DNA from: Hormoscilla sp.
GTDB lineage: Bacteria > Cyanobacteriota > Cyanobacteriia > Cyanobacteriales > Desertifilaceae
NCBI GenBank assembly: GCA_051439505.1
Contig: JBFRWI010000078.1
Span: 1-32,558, forward strand
Direction of reading: 5' to 3'
Length of the DNA stretch: 32,558 nucleotides
Below, piece by piece: positions 1-9,797 of the stretch (positions within the stretch are counted from its first letter, which is position 1; each line of letters opens with the position of its first letter). Under the pieces are notes generated by a model that saw nothing but the letters and a program-made list of their open reading frames with translations, ran no database searches and was not told where the DNA came from. The translations under genes and the position numbers were made by a program.

Positions 1-88
1 GTGGTCCCTTGTGAGTCAGATGTAAAAAGCCCCTTTAACATGACCGAGGCAAACTTTACCCCTTTTTAGGGAGAGCCGAAAGGCAGCA
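1..88 (+). ncRNA. ssrS: Probable 3' half of cyanobacterial 6S RNA (truncated by window start)
   Basis: Non-coding stretch GTAAAAAGCCCCTTT..TGACCGAGGCAAACTTTACCCC..GGGAGAGCCGAAAGGCAGC resembles the 3' strand of cyanobacterial 6S RNA as I recall it. It is followed directly by an intrinsic terminator. No covariance search was run. Confidence 0.6.
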
Positions 89-100
89 AAATAGTCACTG

Positions 101-124
101 GCCACGCAGAAGAGTGGCTTTTTT
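101..124 (+). terminator. Rho-independent terminator
   Basis: GCCAC(101-105)-loop-GTGGC(114-118) stem followed by TTTTTT(119-124). Confidence 0.6.
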
Positions 125-230
125 GCGTCGCGTCAACCGCCTAGAGGACGGGATTTTCCGGAAATTACCAGTTTTTTAGTATGCTGGACGCCAACACCGG
201 AATTGGCAGCGAAGCCATAGATAATTGCTA

Positions 231-2123
231 TTAAAGACTTTTTACCAGTTTGTTGGCAGGTTTTTCGGTATATTCGGCAGCAATTTTGCGGAATTCATCT
301 CCCTCGATCGTTTCTCGTTCCAGTAGCAGATCCACGAGGATATCCATGAGGGGTCGATGTTCCCGGAGGATCTGGCGGGCTTTTTCATAGCAGGCCATGG
401 CAATATCCCGGATTTGGCGATCGATCTGAGTTGCCACGGCCTCAGAATACTCAGATCGAGGCATCAAATCGCGACCCAGAAACACCTCGTTACCGGGATT
501 TTCCAAAGCCAATTGTCCCAGATCGGACATGCCGTAGAGAGTTACCATTTCCCGGGCCACTTGGGCTACATATTTGATATCACTTGCGGCTCCACTGGTA
601 ACCTCAGCATCGCCAAAAACCTCTGCTTCTGCCGCCCTTCCTCCCAGGGCTATGGCGATCTTATCTATCAGCCAAGCCCGACTGTAGATACCGCTATCAA
701 CCATCTCTTCATTAAACACTGGTTGAGCAAAGCCGCCAATACCACCAGAGCGAGGGATAATCGTGACTTTATTCAGGGGGTCTGAATTTGGCAGCAACGT
801 CATTAGCAAGGCGTGACCGATCTCATGATAGGCAAGCACTCGCTTTTTCTTGCTGTCTAGTAGTGGTGTCAGGGTCATGCCAATGCTCACCCGATCGATC
901 GCGTCGCTAACTTCTAAAGCTGTAATCGCTTCTTTGCGCCGACGGGCTGTCAAGATTGCAGCTTCATTGAGAACATTAGCTAAATCTGCCCCGGAAAAAC
1001 CGGGAGTGCTGCGGGCGATCGCCTTAAGATCCACGGAAGGATCTAGCTTCTTATTGCGGGCATGGACTTGCAAAATGCCCAAACGCCCCTGATAACTGGG
1101 CAGATCCACAATCACCTGACGGTCAAACCGCCCCGGTCGCAGCAGGGCCGTATCCAAAACATCGGGGCGATTAGTTGCGGCAATGATAATGATACCATTG
1201 TTAGTTTCAAATCCATCCATTTCCGTGAGCAGCTGATTGAGTGTTTGCTCCCGTTCGTCATTGCCACCGCCAATGCCAGTACCCCGTTGGCGTCCCACCG
1301 CATCTATTTCATCAATAAACACCAAGCAGGGTGCATTTTCCTTCGCCTTTCTGAATAAATCCCGTACCCGCGACGCCCCGACCCCGACAAACATCTCCAC
1401 AAATTCCGAACCCGAGATGCTGAAAAATGGCACGCCTGCTTCCCCCGCGATCGCCTTTGCCATCAGAGTTTTTCCCGTTCCCGGACGTCCGATTAACAGT
1501 ACCCCTCTAGGAATTTTCGCCCCCAATGCCGTGAACTTTTCTGGATTTTTCAGGAACGTCACCACTTCTTGCAGTTCTTCTTTCGCTTCTTCAATCCCCG
1601 CCACATCATCGAATTTTACCCCCGTGTTCGCTTCCATTTGAAAGCGCGCTCGCGATTTTCCAAAATTCATTGCTTGACCTGTCGCTTGAGAAGAACGGCG
1701 CAAAATCATCATCAATCCCGTAATCAACAGCACGATCAGCATTAAATTTATTAATATTCCTAAAATTGCACTGCTAGAAGCCGTCCGATGCTCTCCAAAT
1801 TCTACCTTATTTGCTTTCAAAGCCTCCAGCAGTTGGGGATTGCTCTGGAATATCTTGACCTCGATCTTTTCTGCTTTCCCATCCAACTTAACTCGGGCCA
1901 CATTTTGCTCCGAGTCAATCTCAACGGATATCACCTCTCCTGCTTCAATTTTCTCTAACAGTTGGCTGTAATTCTTGATGGAGCTATTTTCCTGGGCCAG
2001 AGCTGGCGTTTTTCCCAGCCCAGGTGATAGCATCATCGTTCCACTCAGCGTCAACAAGGTTCCTATTGCTGCCCCTTTAGCAGCAATGCGGCCCATCCAT
2101 GATGCGATCGAGTCCCTTTTCAT
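231..2123 (-). CDS. ftsH: ATP-dependent zinc metalloprotease FtsH (probably FtsH1-like paralog)
   Basis: N-terminal TM segments, Walker A GRPGTGKT, Walker [28 protein letters not shown], zinc motif HEIGH; GAGGAG SD upstream. Confidence 0.97.
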   Translation of the reverse strand: MKRDSIASWMGRIAAKGAAIGTLLTLSGTMMLSPGLGKTPALAQENSSIKNYSQLLEKIEAGEVISVEIDSEQNVARVKLDGKAEKIEVKIFQSNPQLLEALKANKVEFGEHRTASSSAILGILINLMLIVLLITGLMMILRRSSQATGQAMNFGKSRARFQMEANTGVKFDDVAGIEEAKEELQEVVTFLKNPEKFTALGAKIPRGVLLIGRPGTGKTLMAKAIAGEAGVPFFSISGSEFVEMFVGVGASRVRDLFRKAKENAPCLVFIDEIDAVGRQRGTGIGGGNDEREQTLNQLLTEMDGFETNNGIIIIAATNRPDVLDTALLRPGRFDRQVIVDLPSYQGRLGILQVHARNKKLDPSVDLKAIARSTPGFSGADLANVLNEAAILTARRRKEAITALEVSDAIDRVSIGMTLTPLLDSKKKRVLAYHEIGHALLMTLLPNSDPLNKVTIIPRSGGIGGFAQPVFNEEMVDSGIYSRAWLIDKIAIALGGRAAEAEVFGDAEVTSGAASDIKYVAQVAREMVTLYGMSDLGQLALENPGNEVFLGRDLMPRSEYSEAVATQIDRQIRDIAMACYEKARQILREHRPLMDILVDLLLERETIEGDEFRKIAAEYTEKPANKLVKSL

Positions 2124-2579
2124 CTTTTCTCCTCTTCAGATCTTCAACTACCGTTATCTGCCAGTTATATGATAGTATATTTCCGATCGCAAGAGCAGGT
2201 TTGGGACTTGACCAAGCCTTTGCTCACCAGCTGCGGTTATTTCAGAGAAGCCCGAGAGATCGCCCCTTGGCCTCGCCAAAAACCAGTAAAAGGTATGGGA
2301 TGTCCCCATGCAGGCGCTCCCTGCTGAGCGGGGAGTAAGTGACAGAAAAAAGAGCGCGAACTAGATTGCCAACAGATTAAGTATTGTTAACCAACTTGAC
2401 AAAAATAAAGCCGGAGTTTGTTAGAATATTGTAGCGGTTTTCACCCTCGTGAGGCCCGGATTTTATACAATAGATAGGGGGCAGCTCCCGGTCCCGTCAG
2501 GCAGGGGAACGCGCCTAAGGAGTCAAGCACAACCCGAGGTTGTTTGGGCGAATTGGACGAAGCATAGCGGTGGGATGGC

Positions 2580-4046
2580 ATGATTTTCTGGTTAATATTT
2601 TTAGGACTGATTACTTACTTTATTGTCGGGCGTAGCGTTGCTGGCATCACCCGGACGCCAGTATGGCTCTTATGGCTAGTGCTCATGACACCGGCTCTGA
2701 TTTGGACGGGCTGGACTTTGATCTATGGTGAGAATACGCCGCCGCCACGGGTGCTGATTTGGGGACCGTTTCTGATTTGTCCATTACTGTACTGGTTGCT
2801 AGTGCGGCTGGGAAGCGAGGGGATGCCACGGCGTCAGGCCGCGCAGCAGCAAGATCTTAGTCGTACATCTGTTCAGCAGGAACCGACCCTGAAATTCGAT
2901 CCCACCTCGGAAACCAAACTCAAAGACTGTTTTCCTTGGTCAGTCTACTACCTCACGGAGATTGAGTATAGACCTCAAGTGATAGTCTGTCGGGGGCGAC
3001 TGCGCACCACACCGGAGGTAGCCTATCAGAAGATTCGGTCCAATATTGAGGCGGAATTTGGCGATCGCTTCTTGGTGCTGTTTCAAGAAGGCTGGAATAA
3101 TCAATCCCAACCCTTCTTTACCCTGTTTCCCAATCCCTATGTTAATAGCACCACTCTTAAGCAGAAGCTGACGCGACCGGGTCTGGCCTTGGGACTGCTA
3201 GCTGCTACGGGTGTTACTACCACTTTCATTGGGACGATCGCGATTGCTGAGGTATCCAGAGAAGCAGTTTTGCAGGATCCGACAAAGTTACTTTTGGGAA
3301 TGCCCTATGCCTTGGCGCTGATGCTGATTCTGGGCATCCATGAATTGGGTCATTATCTGACAGCGCGGCATTATGACATCCGTACCACCCTTCCCTATTT
3401 TATCCCCGTGCCTTTCTTCCTGGGTACCTTTGGAGCCTTCATTCAAATCCGTTCGCCAATTCCCAACCGCAAAGCGCTATTTGATGTGGGTCTTGCCGGA
3501 CCGGTGGCAGGTCTAGTGGTGACATTACCTTTATTTTTGTGGGGATTAGCCCATTCCCAGATAGTGCCGGAAAACCCCGATGCTAGCTTCTTGAGCTTCA
3601 CCGCCCTCGACCCCAAGGGCTCTACCTTACTCGTCCTGATGAGTAAATTGGCATTAGGCAGTGCTTTAACGTCAGACAGCGCAATTCAACTTCATCCTGT
3701 AGCTGTAGCTGGCTATTTGGGGTTGGTGGTTACGGCCCTGAATTTGATGCCAGTGGGACAACTAGACGGAGGTCATGTTGTCCATGCTATATTTGGGCAG
3801 CGCACCGCCGTACTCATCGGTCACGTAACCCGATTCTTAATGCTGATTCTAGCAATTATTAAGCGGGAATTTTTCTTGTGGGCGATGCTCCTCTTGTTTA
3901 TGCCTGTCTATGACGAACCAGCTTTGAATGATGTGAGCGAACTGGATAACTGGCGCGACTTGGCTGGCTTGTTAGCAATAAGTTTATTATTGCTGATTAT
4001 TTTGCCGGCACCTAGGGCGATTACCCAGTTGTTATTAGGAGGTTAA
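2580..4046 (+). CDS. Site-2 protease family (peptidase M50) membrane metalloprotease
   Basis: Multi-TM protein with HELGH, GPVAG and NLMPVGQLDGGH motifs. Confidence 0.93.
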   Translation: MIFWLIFLGLITYFIVGRSVAGITRTPVWLLWLVLMTPALIWTGWTLIYGENTPPPRVLIWGPFLICPLLYWLLVRLGSEGMPRRQAAQQQDLSRTSVQQEPTLKFDPTSETKLKDCFPWSVYYLTEIEYRPQVIVCRGRLRTTPEVAYQKIRSNIEAEFGDRFLVLFQEGWNNQSQPFFTLFPNPYVNSTTLKQKLTRPGLALGLLAATGVTTTFIGTIAIAEVSREAVLQDPTKLLLGMPYALALMLILGIHELGHYLTARHYDIRTTLPYFIPVPFFLGTFGAFIQIRSPIPNRKALFDVGLAGPVAGLVVTLPLFLWGLAHSQIVPENPDASFLSFTALDPKGSTLLVLMSKLALGSALTSDSAIQLHPVAVAGYLGLVVTALNLMPVGQLDGGHVVHAIFGQRTAVLIGHVTRFLMLILAIIKREFFLWAMLLLFMPVYDEPALNDVSELDNWRDLAGLLAISLLLLIILPAPRAITQLLLGG

Positions 4047-4099
4047 TAGTTGATAGTTGATAGTGATAATCACGGCGATCGGCAAGCAAGAAGGGGAAA

Positions 4100-4567
4100 A
4101 TGAATAATGGACAGATAAATATACTGCAACAGCAATTAATCCAAGCACAACAAGAACGCGATCGGGCCTCTGCCAGCGCGGCAAACTGGCATAAACTCTA
4201 CGAAACGGAAGCACGGCAGCGTCGGACAGAGGCAGAGTTGGCGCGGCAAACTATTGCGGAACTCAAGGCGAAAATTCAGGAACTGCAAGGACATCTCCCA
4301 GATGATTCCCCAATAGCAGGAGAAGCTATTTCTGATGATGCGATCGCTCCACAGATTGAACATTTACTTATACCAGCAGAGTTGAAGCAGAAATTGCTCC
4401 ACGCCCTCGGTGAGCGCGATCGCCTGGTCCTGGCACTGCAAGCAGAAAAAGAGCAACATGCCCGCACTAAACAAAGTTTAACATCGGCCCTGGTAGACGC
4501 GATCGAGCAGCTAAATAAAAACAGAGTTCAAAAGCAAGCATCTTCTGAGGGAACAGTTGATAGTTGA
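4100..4567 (+). CDS. Coiled-coil hypothetical protein
   Basis: 155-aa ORF rich in Q/E/A/L heptads, purine-rich GAAGGGG SD, co-oriented downstream of the S2P gene. Confidence 0.8.
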   Translation: MNNGQINILQQQLIQAQQERDRASASAANWHKLYETEARQRRTEAELARQTIAELKAKIQELQGHLPDDSPIAGEAISDDAIAPQIEHLLIPAELKQKLLHALGERDRLVLALQAEKEQHARTKQSLTSALVDAIEQLNKNRVQKQASSEGTVDS

Positions 4568-4862
4568 TAGTTTTCAGTTTTTAGCGCACAATTACGGGAT
4601 CGGTTCAGTTGTTAATAATTGATTGTTAACGATATATTGTATTCATAAATGATCCCGATTCAATTTGCAATTCTCAATTTGCAATAATCAAAAAAAATAT
4701 GAGATATTTTTAGCGACTTAGGGGAGTTGTGTGCCTGGAGTTTTCTTTTTGAAAAAAAATGCGTCTTGTGCGATCGCCCCCGCATTCTATCCTTTGATAG
4801 TCAAAACAGTCTACATGGTGAAGCGGAAATCAGTTTGGCTGCGGCCATTTTCAGCAGTAGCC

Positions 4863-4897
4863 AAGAAACCCGGTTTTTTAGAAAAACCGGGTTTCTT
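4863..4897. repeat. Perfect palindrome (dispersed cyanobacterial repeat; possible bidirectional terminator)
   Basis: AAGAAACCCGGTTTTT-TAG-AAAAACCGGGTTTCTT, 16-bp arms, between convergent genes. Confidence 0.8.
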
Positions 4898-4952
4898 AAT
4901 TCTTACATTGAGATGATCTATTAACCACCTATAACTGACCGCTAATCACCTA

Positions 4953-6065
4953 CTAAAACCCCATTGCTTGAGCTACCGAGGCGATATCTGCTTCAATTCC
5001 GCGCTGCAAGGGATTGTTACTATGTTTAATGGCGATATCCGGGTCTTTCAAACCGTTACCAGTCAGGACGCAAACCACTGTCGCTCCCGTTGGCACTTGC
5101 TCTTTGAGCTTCAGCAAACCCGCTACCGATGCAGCAGATGCCGGTTCGCAGAAAATCCCTTCGCCACTGGCTAGCAACCGGTAGGCATCCAGAATTTCTT
5201 CGTCTGTAACAGCTCCAAATTCTCCGTGACTCGCTTCTTGGGCCCCGATCGCCTTTGACCAGCTAGCGGGGTTACCGATGCGAATGGCGGTTGCTAAGGT
5301 TTCTGGATCTGTTATGCGCCTTCCGGCGACGATCGGGGCGGCACCGGCGGCTTCAAATCCCATCATTCGGGGCAGGCGATCGCATTTTCCCTCCTGATGA
5401 TACTGACAAAATCCCATCCAGTAAGCAGTGATGTTGCCCGCATTGCCCACGGGGATGCACAACCAGTCGGGGGCATCCCCTAAATCATCTACTACCTCAA
5501 ATGCACCGGTCTTCTGACCTTCTATACGATAGGGATTGATTGAGTTTACCAGGGTGACGGGATAATCCGCCGCCATCTGCCGGACAATTTCCAGGGCCTG
5601 GTCAAAATTTCCCTTGACTGCCAGCACCTCTGCCCCGTAAACTAAAGCCTGAGCTAATTTTCCTAGGGCGATATAGCCATCAGGAACCAGCACAAATGCT
5701 TTCAGTCCGCCCCGCCGGGCATAGGCTGCTGCTGAAGCTGATGTATTGCCGGTGCTGGCACAAATTACTGCCCGGGCACCTTCTTCCTTGGCCTTGGAAA
5801 CGGCCAGGGTCATCCCCCGGTCCTTGAAGCTGCCAGTGGGGTTCAGACCGTCAAATTTGACATATACTTGTACCTGTCTGCCGATCTGCCCCGCGATCGC
5901 CGGCGCCGGAATTAGGGGAGTGTTCCCCTCCAGCAAGGTGACAACTGGGGTAGTTTCAGTTACCGGCAGATAATTGCGGTAGGTTTCAATGAGACCGCGC
6001 CAGATGGGGCGTGTTGGGGTAGCCTTAAGGGAGTGGGAGTTTTCGGCTGACAGAGTAAGAGTCAC
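4953..6065 (-). CDS. thrC: Threonine synthase
   Basis: PLP-lysine motif [38 protein letters not shown]. The start is more likely GTG at 6065 (MTLTLS...) than 6149. Confidence 0.95.
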   Translation of the reverse strand: MTLTLSAENSHSLKATPTRPIWRGLIETYRNYLPVTETTPVVTLLEGNTPLIPAPAIAGQIGRQVQVYVKFDGLNPTGSFKDRGMTLAVSKAKEEGARAVICASTGNTSASAAAYARRGGLKAFVLVPDGYIALGKLAQALVYGAEVLAVKGNFDQALEIVRQMAADYPVTLVNSINPYRIEGQKTGAFEVVDDLGDAPDWLCIPVGNAGNITAYWMGFCQYHQEGKCDRLPRMMGFEAAGAAPIVAGRRITDPETLATAIRIGNPASWSKAIGAQEASHGEFGAVTDEEILDAYRLLASGEGIFCEPASAASVAGLLKLKEQVPTGATVVCVLTGNGLKDPDIAIKHSNNPLQRGIEADIASVAQAMGF

Positions 6066-6467
6066 TTTCGCTTGCGGGTTTGATTTCAATCTATTTGGTG
6101 CTTCTGTCCAGTTTAACCCGATCTCCCGATCGTAATTCCGGGAAATCACTGTTCTTTTTTGGGATCGCTAGATTGCCGACTGTTGCCGACCGGCGTAGCA
6201 GGGGTGGTACAATGGCAACTAGCTGCTGGCACCCAAACCCAGACAAAAAAGTAGTTTTTTGGGCAAAACCAGTATAATCAGTCGATACTTGGAATTGCTG
6301 AATTTTGGCCCGAGCGGCCACCGTGCCAGATAAATCGGAACTCATACCCAGAGGAGATTACAATTTATTTGGCAAGAAAATTTGTGCAATGAACACACTT
6401 GGCATATGATGAACAGGAAGGACACTGGCGAGTTACCGGACAAGTGATCGGACAAGAAAGGGGAGAA

Positions 6468-6950
6468 ATGAGTTTGACTGAGCTAGCGATCGAAAATCCC
6501 AATACAATAGAACCAGCATCCGCGATCGTTCAGTTTCCATTGACTACGGTAGGGGCACTGGTTGTTAATGGAAGTGGGCGAGTTCTGATTGTCAAAACGA
6601 CCAAGTGGCGGGGCACTTGGGGGGTACCGGGTGGGAAAGTAGAATGGGGCGAAACCCTAGAAGCGGCAGTCAAAAGAGAGTTTAGAGAAGAAGTCGGTCT
6701 AGAATTGACCCAGGTACGCTTCGCGTTACTACAAGAGGCGGTGGAAGACCCACAATTTTTCCGGGATGCCCATTTTATCATGGTAAACTACTATGCTTTC
6801 TCGGCCAGTGAAAACATTACGCCCAACGAAGAAATTGTCGAATGGGCCTGGGTGACTCCCCAACAGGCTATGTCCTATCCTCTCAATAGTTATACCCGCG
6901 TGTTGATTGCCGATTATATAGAAAGGGAAATTGGTTCTTCAGAAAGATGA
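6468..6950 (+). CDS. Nudix hydrolase (possible dihydroneopterin triphosphate pyrophosphatase)
   Basis: Nudix box GGKVEWGETLEAAVKREFREEVG; ATG 6468 preceded by GGGAG. The pterin substrate is inferred from context only. Confidence 0.88.
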   Translation: MSLTELAIENPNTIEPASAIVQFPLTTVGALVVNGSGRVLIVKTTKWRGTWGVPGGKVEWGETLEAAVKREFREEVGLELTQVRFALLQEAVEDPQFFRDAHFIMVNYYAFSASENITPNEEIVEWAWVTPQQAMSYPLNSYTRVLIADYIEREIGSSER

Positions 6951-7921
6951 ATGAAATTATTGGAATCGTCGGCGGCGGGCCAGCAGGTATGTCATGTGCT
7001 CTCTGGTTAAAAAACCTTGGTTTTTTGCCAATGATAGTGGAAAAGAACCAAAGACTGGGAGGTTTACAACAACTAAGTCTATTTGATAACAAATGGTATT
7101 TGGGAGCGATCGGAAAAAAGGGAGTAGAGATAGCAGAACAGTTGGATAAACATATTAAAGTAGAAAATATTCCTACAATCAGAGGTTCTCAACTAAAGAG
7201 GATTATCAAGGTAGGAGAAAACTTCAAGATGATTGCAGAAGAGAAGGAAATTACAGCAAAATGTATAGTTATTGCCACAGGTCAGCGAGTAATAGGATAT
7301 GATGCGATCGCAGAGATTGAGGGAAGTAGGGAACTCTTGTCGTCAGAAAAGGTATGCTTTGATCCAGGTAAAACGCCTTTACTCAGTAATCTTGTAGATG
7401 GACAGGTAGTTGCTGTAGTAGGAGGTGGCGATAACGGAATGGGAACGGTTAGATATATGGAGAATGTAGCAAAAGAGATCCATTTGCTCGTTCGTTCGGA
7501 TATGCGAGGCTTCGCTATCAACAAAAAAAAGATTTTAGATATGATGGCAGCAGATAGCGTTAAGCTACACAGACAAGCACGTTTACGCAGATTTGAGGTC
7601 CGGGGCGAGAAGATTTATATCGCTTTCCAAGACGAAAATAACCCAGAAGCGGAAATCCTCTGCGACTATCTGTGTTTTCGGATGGGCTTTACACCGAATG
7701 TAGAGGAGATAGTTAAACTGCTTGAGGAAGGAGGCGTGGGTTCTCTGAAACTGAGCCCAGATGGATATATCGCGACGGATGGATTTGGGCGTACATCAAT
7801 TGAGAATATTTACGTAGCTGGAGATGTGGCCAATCCTCGGGATCCCTGCGTCGCTACAGCGGTGGCCCAAGGTGCAATGGCGGCCCGAAGTTTGGAGGAA
7901 GACTTGCAGCGTGGTGGTTAG
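6947..7921 (+). CDS. FAD/NAD(P)-dependent oxidoreductase, thioredoxin-reductase-like fold but lacking CxxC
   Basis: GGGPAG FAD motif, ATG motif, VVGGGDNG NAD(P) motif, TSIENIYVAGDV; ATGA overlap with the Nudix gene. Confidence 0.88.
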   Translation: MNEIIGIVGGGPAGMSCALWLKNLGFLPMIVEKNQRLGGLQQLSLFDNKWYLGAIGKKGVEIAEQLDKHIKVENIPTIRGSQLKRIIKVGENFKMIAEEKEITAKCIVIATGQRVIGYDAIAEIEGSRELLSSEKVCFDPGKTPLLSNLVDGQVVAVVGGGDNGMGTVRYMENVAKEIHLLVRSDMRGFAINKKKILDMMAADSVKLHRQARLRRFEVRGEKIYIAFQDENNPEAEILCDYLCFRMGFTPNVEEIVKLLEEGGVGSLKLSPDGYIATDGFGRTSIENIYVAGDVANPRDPCVATAVAQGAMAARSLEEDLQRGG

Positions 7922-7950
7922 GTTCTCTGGGTGATGGATGATGGACTTAA

Positions 7951-7979
7951 TTGGAAAAGTAGTCCTCCGGCGGTATAAT
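7951..7979 (+). promoter_or_regulatory. Putative sigma70-type promoter for the methyltransferase-SDR-DHPS-like genes
   Basis: TTGGAA(7951-7956)-17 bp-TATAAT(7974-7979). Confidence 0.4.
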
Positions 7980-8039
7980 GGAAGAGATTTGGTTGACAAT
8001 ATAAGTTAAGTTAAGAATATCATTGGATACAGATTTATC

Positions 8040-9029
8040 ATGTCGAGCAGTTTTGCAACGGTCTACATTCATCCCAGTCAGTTCCCCGATCGCTGGTATC
8101 AAAGCTATTTAGATGGATTTTCAGGGAAAGAAATCGATAATAGATTTCATTACGATAGCGTTAAGCAAAGTCAAAAGTGGTTGAAAATTCACGCGACATA
8201 CTCTCCATTGACGGTAAATGAAGATTGTATCCAGGCTTACGATCGCTGCTTTGCAGAAACGGCAAAACGCTTAGAAAACGAAAGTCAATTGCAACTGATT
8301 GCTTTAGGATGTGGAGGCGGAAGGAAAGATAGTCGTCTTTTGTCTTGTTTGTTGACAAAGGAAAGAGACATTATTTGTTATCCAGTAGATGTGAGCGTGT
8401 CTTTAGCTTTAATTTCCGCTCGCGCGATGGAAACAGTCGCTCCGAAAGCATCATTTAAACCTATTGTTTGCGACTTGCTTGCCGCCGGCGATCTCATTCA
8501 AATTATCGATAGAGAAGAAACGGGAAAACGAAAGATCGTGACGTTCTTTGGAATGATTCCCAACTTCTATCCGCAGCAAATACTACCCATTTTGAGGGAA
8601 TTTATCGTTCCGGGAGATGTTTTGCTATTTAGTGCGAATTTAGCTCCGGGAAAGGATTACTTGCAAGGAATTCGTGAGGTTGTGCCGCAATACGATAACG
8701 AACTGACTAAAGATTGGCTGATAACGATCTTAACCGATGCTGGGGTGGAAATAGATCGAGGGAAGATTTCAGTGGAGATAGAACCAGATGAAAATAATCC
8801 CGAAATATCGAGGATTGCCTTTTATTTTGAAGTGGAACGGGAGATCGACTTCAAAATAGACGATCGCGAATTCCAGTGGCAAATAGGCGATCGGGTACGC
8901 TTGTTTTTCTCCTATCGCTACACGACGGCAAAAATTCACGACATTCTCGGCAGCTATGGCATCAAGGTGCTAGAATCTTGGGAAGATAACAATCAAGAAG
9001 AAGGTGTTTACCTTTGTGAGGCAAGTTAA
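8040..9029 (+). CDS. EgtD-like (Methyltransf_33) SAM-dependent methyltransferase, divergent
   Basis: RFHYDS, LIALGCGGGRKD (SAM motif I), YPVDVS, FFGMIPNF, PGDVLLFSANL, QYDN and FSYRYT segments are collinear with EgtD motifs. Confidence 0.8.
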   Translation: MSSSFATVYIHPSQFPDRWYQSYLDGFSGKEIDNRFHYDSVKQSQKWLKIHATYSPLTVNEDCIQAYDRCFAETAKRLENESQLQLIALGCGGGRKDSRLLSCLLTKERDIICYPVDVSVSLALISARAMETVAPKASFKPIVCDLLAAGDLIQIIDREETGKRKIVTFFGMIPNFYPQQILPILREFIVPGDVLLFSANLAPGKDYLQGIREVVPQYDNELTKDWLITILTDAGVEIDRGKISVEIEPDENNPEISRIAFYFEVEREIDFKIDDREFQWQIGDRVRLFFSYRYTTAKIHDILGSYGIKVLESWEDNNQEEGVYLCEAS

Positions 9030-9031
9030 AA

Positions 9032-9757
9032 ATGCTAAAACAAGCACTGGTCACGGGATCGGCAAAGGGTATCGGACGAGCGATCGGCCTCGATCTTGCC
9101 AGTAAGGGATTTGATGTCGCATTTCACTACAACCGCAGTGAAATGGCGGCGAACCAAGCCTGTCAGGAAGCCCAAGCCTATGGAGTCAAAGCGATCGCCC
9201 TGCAAGCAGATCTCACCAATAGCGATCTGGCTAAATCTCTGGTTGAAAATGCTGTCGAAGAGTTGGGCGGTTTATCGGTGATTGTGAATAATGTCGGCAA
9301 CTATTGTCAGGAAGAGAATATGACGAGCCAAGTTTCCATCGCAGATTGGCATGAGGTGATCGATTCCAATCTCCATGCCACATTCTACGTGACGCGATCG
9401 GCCATACCCTACCTCAAGGCTGCCAATGGCGGTCGCATTGTTAATTTTGCTTGCGCCAGCGCTCAAAACCTCATTGCCCGAGAGGTTAACACCGCTTACA
9501 TTATTGCGAAAACAGGCATCATCATTTATACTAAATCTTTAGCAACGGAACTGATAAAAGATAAAATTACTGCTAATATTATATCTCCGGGCATTGTGGA
9601 AAATTCTTTCGATGTTGAGGAAATTACCCCGACGTTACCTGCCAAACGTCCCGCAACCCTGCAAGAAATAGTGCGATCGGCTTGGTTTTTTATCTGCCCC
9701 GAAGCTGAATACATTACCGGACAAAACATAGAAGTGTCAGGGGGCTGGTTTTTGTAA
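9032..9757 (+). CDS. Short-chain dehydrogenase/reductase, pteridine reductase (FolM/PTR1-like)
   Basis: TGSAKGIG, HYNRS, NNVG, YIIAK (YxxxK), YITGQNIEVSGG; adjacent to a DHPS-like gene. Confidence 0.8.
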   Translation: MLKQALVTGSAKGIGRAIGLDLASKGFDVAFHYNRSEMAANQACQEAQAYGVKAIALQADLTNSDLAKSLVENAVEELGGLSVIVNNVGNYCQEENMTSQVSIADWHEVIDSNLHATFYVTRSAIPYLKAANGGRIVNFACASAQNLIAREVNTAYIIAKTGIIIYTKSLATELIKDKITANIISPGIVENSFDVEEITPTLPAKRPATLQEIVRSAWFFICPEAEYITGQNIEVSGGWFL

Positions 9758-9797
9758 GGAATTTTAATCTAGTAGTTGATTTATAGAGGAGTGAAGA

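Noticed and set aside
357..1641. Several + strand ORFs inside ftsH, and similar antisense ORFs in other genes
   Set aside because: Shadow ORFs opposite or overlapping well-supported genes
4727..4924. Short ORFs 4727-4924 and 4731-4916
   Set aside because: They run through a palindromic repeat in an intergenic region and have no protein-like features
6066..6400. Riboswitch, attenuator or small ORFs upstream of thrC
   Set aside because: No recognisable riboswitch or Thr-rich leader peptide; it looks like a divergent promoter region
8040..9029. Ergothioneine biosynthesis (egtD)
   Set aside because: No egtB/egtC in the window and histidine-binding motif residues are altered
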